A stretch of 63,201 nt of DNA, the filler included, from Candidatus Babelota bacterium (GTDB lineage: Bacteria; JAGOBX01): NCBI GenBank assembly GCA_017999075.1. It is 13 parts of 13 records of this genome, joined end to end, with 100 filler letters (N's around TTAATTAATTAA, not from the genome) between each part and the next. Parts side by side here need not be neighbours in the genome. Positions count along the whole stretch, not along the records: positions 57,918 to 60,511 come from JAGOBX010000578.1; positions 60,612 to 63,201 come from JAGOBX010000579.1; 11 more parts are not named here. One strand, 5' to 3'. Position 1 is the first letter of the stretch; the number at the start of each line of letters is the position of its first letter. The translations under genes were made by a program, and so were the position numbers. Positions 58,969 to 63,201 of the stretch are shown here, in pieces. Under the pieces are notes generated by a model. That model had not been told where the DNA came from. It saw only the letters and a program-made list of their open reading frames with translations, and searched no databases.

Positions 58969-59391
58969 TATGAGATGCAGAGCTTCATTAAGGCGTAAAC
59001 CTGAAGAATACATTACGGCAAATATACATTTGTATTTAAGATTCGGCGTATGATTAAGGATTTTTTGAATTTCAAATTTACATAATGCTACAGGCAATTG
59101 TTTTCTGCATTTAGGTCTGATGATACCAAGATCTTTCCATTCGCGCTTTAATGTCAATGTCTATATCAATTGTGCGGCGCGCGCTGCCTGTTCAATATAA
59201 GACGCTGACAGTTTCAAATCATCAATCAGGTAAATCAGATAATCCTTAATATCCTGCGGCGGCAAATTTGCCGGGGATTTCCAATAATATTAGGCAAGAC
59301 GCCTTACAGTTCCGGTATAAAGCAAAATTGTTTTTTCCTAATAACCGGCAAGCTTCAAATCCTGCATAAACCGTTTTCGTAATTCTGTCAT
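58954..59391 (-). pseudogene. Tyrosine recombinase with N-terminal SAM-like domain, decayed and 3' truncated
   Basis: ATG 59391: MTELRKRFMQDLKLAGY*EKTILLYTGTVRRLA*YYWKSPANL...IKDYLIYL...QLI*TLTLKREW...RKQLPVAL...MYSSGLRLNEALHL. Three in-frame stops; ends after box I. Confidence 0.85.
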
Positions 59392-59552
59392 AATGACACC
59401 ATCCTTATATAATATAAAATTAAAATGTCATTTTAAGAGAAATAAGATTATTTAAATACAGGTAAAAATCAAATCAGCTGAAAATGTATTTAACAATTGA
59501 ATTATTCTGTGGCCACAAATATAATGTTATGAAAATGCAGCTTAGCGGTTTA

Positions 59553-59635
59553 GTTCAACTCGGATTTTTACCTCACGCTGCGCGCTGCTGCTTCGCAGTC
59601 ACTCACTTCGTTCGTGAGTAAAAAGCCTGTTTAGG
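59553..59635 (+). repeat. attC-like site upstream of the integrase remnant
   Basis: GTTCAAC (RYYYAAC)-TCGGA-TTTTTAC-[C]-TCACG...CGTGA-GTAAAAA-GCCT-GTT; same spacing as 37783-37871 with unrelated sequence. Confidence 0.7.
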
Positions 59636-59672
59636 GCTTAGGACAGTGCTATTTTTAAACAGGGTGATCCAA

Positions 59673-60119
59673 GTGAAAAAGAAAAAAAATTTTTATATTA
59701 TAATTATGGTATTTCTTATTAGTAGTTGTTCTTTTGTAAAAAAAAATGCTCCATTGCGAACGAATAACTCAAAAGTTGCAATAAGATTTTATGATGTTGA
59801 TGATATAGGTAAAGTGTATATAAAAAATGAGAAATCGATTGAGAAAAAAATATTAACAATTAGGACAAGCGAAGATTCAGGATGGCGAGATATTGATTCT
59901 TATTTGTTAGAAGGAATAAATCATTTAAAATTTGAAATTTTTAATGGAGCGTATGGCGGATGGTCTGGAAAATATGAAATATCGATAAATGACGAAATCG
60001 TTGTTAGAGAAAAAATTAATTCTGAAGGCAAACCAAATCCTGTAAATGATATAGCTTACAGCAAATATTATGAAATAATAAAAAGCGGGAATAATTTTAA
60101 AATGAAAATAAATGACTAA
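59673..60119 (+). CDS. Putative lipoprotein (cassette-like gene after the attC site)
   Basis: GTG 59673: MKKKKNFYIIIMVFLISSC lipobox; beta-rich domain (VDDIGKVYI...LLEGINHLKFEIFN). Confidence 0.65.
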   Translation: MKKKKNFYIIIMVFLISSCSFVKKNAPLRTNNSKVAIRFYDVDDIGKVYIKNEKSIEKKILTIRTSEDSGWRDIDSYLLEGINHLKFEIFNGAYGGWSGKYEISINDEIVVREKINSEGKPNPVNDIAYSKYYEIIKSGNNFKMKIND

Positions 60120-60273
60120 GATAATAATTGATTTATAAAAAAAAGGTTCTCGAAATGGAAAATTAAATAGATGCAAATTATTTTTTTAAAAAAATAAAAT
60201 ATTTCAAACCATTTTATAAAATTGATGAGAAAAAATGATTTTCATAAATTGAATAAAAAAAGTCAGGAAGAAG

Positions 60274-60511
60274 ATGATGATAAAAAAAATAATATTTATT
60301 TTATACACAATTATATTATTTGGAAACATTATAGATGCCGGAGATTTAACAGACTATTACTTCAAAACAAAAGATAAAATTGGCAATGAATTGAAAAACA
60401 GCTTACATAATATAATAAAAAAACATAAAGTTGTAAGTTATAATTCATTGTGGATTCATTATAAAAAAACTGATGCAAGAGAAAATGGGGAACCATACTG
60501 CATATATACAA
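60274..60511 (+). CDS. Secreted endonuclease I/Bsn-like nuclease, N-terminal fragment
   Basis: Signal peptide, then DYY...GNELKNSLHNIIKKHKVVSYNSLW...TD...CIYT. Confidence 0.7.
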
Positions 60512-60611
60512 NNNNNNNNNNNNNNNNNNNNNNNNNNNNNNNNNNNNNNNNNNNNTTAATTAATTAANNNNNNNNNNNNNNNNNNNNNNNNNNNNNNNNN
60601 NNNNNNNNNNN
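60512..60611. other. Artificial contig spacer
   Basis: N44-TTAATTAATTAA-N44. Confidence 0.98.
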
Positions 60612-61762
60612 TTTTGAGCTGATTTTTCCCAAGAAAATTTTTTGAGCTGAGATTTAAATTTATCTTTATCAATAAATTCGCTTGTATTTCTATTATTGTA
60701 AATTAATAGCATTGTTTTTAATAATTGAGACGGGTTATCATGGTCTATGTAAAAAGCTGCGTCTCCGGCAATTTCAGGAATTGAACCGTTTTTAGTTGTG
60801 ATTAAAGGTTTTTCGAAATAATATGATTCAAGAGCCGGATAACCGAACCCTTCGTAAATTGAAGGATACAGTACCGCAAGGCAGTTTTTAAGCAAAACGT
60901 ATTTTTCCTGATCATGTATATATCCTGTAAAAATGAATTTGTCAGTCAATCCGTAATCTTTGATTTTTTCAATAATGTTGTTGAAATCATTTGATTTTTT
61001 TCCGGCAATGACTATTTTGAATTCACACGTGTTTTTTATTGATTTCAATGCTTCGCAGATTATCCCCAAATTTTTTCTTTTTTCAATGGAACCTATAAAT
61101 AAAAAAAAATCGGTATTCTTTTCAAAAATATTACTTATTCCGGTTTCATAATAATTTTTTTTTGATATTTTTTCTGCGAAACCTGAATCCAATGTCAATT
61201 GATTTATATTGACATTGATTTCTGATAATGCTCCGTATAAAATTTCAATTTTGTTTTCAGGATATCCGTAATATTTAATTAAATCATTTTTTGTGGAAAC
61301 AGATGAAGTTAGGATTAAATCGGACTTCACGAGGATTTTTTTTATCAGAGTATCAAGAGTTTTTTTTTCATGAGAAGAATAAGTAATATCGTCTGTTTTA
61401 AATGAAATATCGTATATAATTGAAATTATTTTGGATTTTATGTTTGACGGTATATGCAGTCCTGTGCAGACAAATATATCAGTTGCGGGTAAAAGGTAAT
61501 TTGCCGATAAAAAGTTTAACCCCCATATTTTTATCAGCCATCTCCTCGGAATTCTTAAAATATAATTTTTAAAATTTTTGATAGTACTGTTTTTTATTCC
61601 GTATTTGCCGGGGAAAATACAATTATAGAATAAATTATAATTATTGACTTTATCAGTTTTTTTTAACCCTGAAATCAATCCGTCAATAAAATAACCGATT
61701 CCTGTTTTTTCAGAAAGAGTATAAGTTGCGTCAATAGTGTAATTAATAACGTTGTTATTCAT
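60612..61762 (-). CDS. Glycosyltransferase family 4 (GT-B), 3' end cut by contig end
   Basis: KTGIGYF, IYDI, FIGSIEKRKNL, YPSIYEGFGYPALE and SIPEIAGDAA. Confidence 0.9.
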
Positions 61763-63201
61763 AATAAAATTCTACTTTGTGTTCTCCTGATGAATTCAAT
61801 ATTACGCTCATAAACAAATAATTTGAGTTGTATAATTTTTTTTGAATACCGTTGATTTTTACTTTCCACCGCGGAAAATAGATGTAATTGAAAGTCAGAA
61901 CCGAAGGTTTGTTTGTTTTAACATAAAATTCCGCATAATCGTCTTTAATATTTTTTTTGATTATTTTGCAATTTAATTTTGTTTTCGTATCATAAATAAA
62001 ATCTGTATTTTCCGAAGTGAATACAAACTTTCTGAAATCATAATCGGATTTATTCATTAAATCAAGTATATTTTTTTCGCTTTTTTCATAAATAATATTT
62101 TCTGAAATATACATCAAAGGAGCGGCATCGGTATTTATGTATATTTTTAATCCGTCATAATTTTTTAATTCTTTAAACAATTTGAATTTTTTATTGTTTT
62201 CAATAGTATTTTGAGTTATCACATATTTTACAGACAATAAATCAAATAGTTTTGAGTTGAGATCTGGTTTAATAAAAACAAGATTTTCCGGAACATTTTT
62301 TGATTGTTCGATTTTTGATGCGTAGTCATTATATTTTTTTAGAATAAAAGGCTCATATCCATTAATAGACATTTTGTTGAATAATACATTTATGCCGGGA
62401 GGATACCAATCACTGTCTGAAAAAATTCTATAATCGTTTTCAAATTCGGAATGAACACTTTCTGAAATTGCGCAGAAATTATTATCAGTAGTTTTTAAAA
62501 ATTTTAAATGAACAGATGAAAGTTCGGCAGCGCATAAAAATGCAAGAGGAATGCAGACTGCATTTTTTCCGAATTTTTTGAAAAAAATCGTGAATAATGA
62601 AATCAGAACAGTTGTTAAACTGAATTTTAGAAAACTTGTTTTTACAGTATTAAAAATTTTATACGAGGCGTTATAATAGAATTCTGGAGAGTTGTAATTT
62701 ATACCGCCTTTATCAACTATTTTTTGTTTTATTTTTATTTTGAAAAAATCTGTGATCTGATTATTAAAAAGATACAGGCATGCGGTTATGGCAATTGAAA
62801 TGATTGCAGTTATAATAATAATTTTTTTTATTTTTGCATATTGAGTTGTTTTGCCTTCATTTATGATGTCTTTTAATGTTGAAATTCCTATTCCTGCAAG
62901 GACTGCTGCTGAAAACATATAAATGTACATGAACCTGACCGGCCACCTGAATTTATTGAATCCAGGAACGTAAAAATGAAAAAATTTGTATATAGGCGTA
63001 TATTTTCCTAAACTTATTATCAGGGCGAACGGCATTAAAAACATGAAAAATTTTTTTGTCTGATTTTTTTCTTTAAAAAAAGATATGAATATTAAAAATA
63101 CAGCAGTAACGCTTAAATAAGCGTTATATCCTTCGAACCCTGTTAGTTTTCTCCAAAATATACGCCAGTAATCTCCGTCAATACTTGAACCGTAAAAAAA
63201 A
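61755..63201 (-). CDS. YfhO-family membrane protein, 5' end beyond the window
   Basis: VPGFNKFRWPVRF, INGYEP, FDLLSVKYVI and YFPRWKVKING...NYLFMSVIL...GEHKVEFYY; the frame continues upstream of 63044. Confidence 0.8.
   Translation of the reverse strand, partial: FFYGSSIDGDYWRIFWRKLTGFEGYNAYLSVTAVFLIFISFFKEKNQTKKFFMFLMPFALIISLGKYTPIYKFFHFYVPGFNKFRWPVRFMYIYMFSAAVLAGIGISTLKDIINEGKTTQYAKIKKIIIITAIISIAITACLYLFNNQITDFFKIKIKQKIVDKGGINYNSPEFYYNASYKIFNTVKTSFLKFSLTTVLISLFTIFFKKFGKNAVCIPLAFLCAAELSSVHLKFLKTTDNNFCAISESVHSEFENDYRIFSDSDWYPPGINVLFNKMSINGYEPFILKKYNDYASKIEQSKNVPENLVFIKPDLNSKLFDLLSVKYVITQNTIENNKKFKLFKELKNYDGLKIYINTDAAPLMYISENIIYEKSEKNILDLMNKSDYDFRKFVFTSENTDFIYDTKTKLNCKIIKKNIKDDYAEFYVKTNKPSVLTFNYIYFPRWKVKINGIQKKLYNSNYLFMSVILNSSGEHKVEFYYE

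Noticed and set aside
58954-59391. Stop-codon reassignment explaining the in-frame stops in the recombinase
   Set aside because: The stops are both TAG and TAA, the gene is also truncated, and intact genes in the window end normally in TAA, TAG and TGA.
58954-59391. Calling the recombinase a bona fide integron integrase (intI)
   Set aside because: It is truncated before the region carrying the IntI-specific insertion, and its N-terminus resembles the IS91-associated type. The adjacent site looks like attC rather than attI.
59629-60273. Complete cassette around the lipoprotein gene
   Set aside because: No complementary inverse core or hairpin was found after its stop at 60119, so only the left boundary is supported.

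Overview
This is low-GC bacterial DNA from a draft assembly, not one continuous locus. Thirteen contig pieces (three of about 12 kb, ten of about 2.6 kb) are joined by twelve artificial 100-nt spacers (N44-TTAATTAATTAA-N44), so adjacency across a spacer carries no meaning. The organism looks like a diderm, probably anaerobic, uncultured-type bacterium; I cannot assign the taxon. Housekeeping and envelope content includes a pilMN/O/P/Q-like secretin operon, murG, recF, tgt, tldD/pmbA, pgeF, purH, an rbfA-DHH fusion, mazG, nusB, ribH, etfAB, priA, glycosyltransferases, and a PorV-like gene beside a cargo protein with a T9SS-like C-terminal domain. There is also a prophage-like fragment. The most striking unannotated signal is an integron-like gene-cassette system spread over three short contigs. 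It has attC-like hairpins sharing one geometry (7-nt inverse core, 5-nt spacer, 7-bp stem, one extra C, stem) and cassettes bounded by ~18-bp complementary ends: a HEAT-repeat gene, a BrnT-like toxin/antitoxin pair and a methyltransferase. One cassette has a non-canonical GAT/ATC core, and a decayed SAM-like tyrosine-recombinase gene has an upstream end that runs directly into an attC-like site. Other notable items are a HEAT + degenerate CheX/CheC-like + FliG-C-like fusion protein, a GxxExxY gene with a 10-bp-periodic palindromic repeat, and a secreted protein strongly enriched in Asp-Thr motifs. All family assignments come from motif recognition by eye; no database searches were run.
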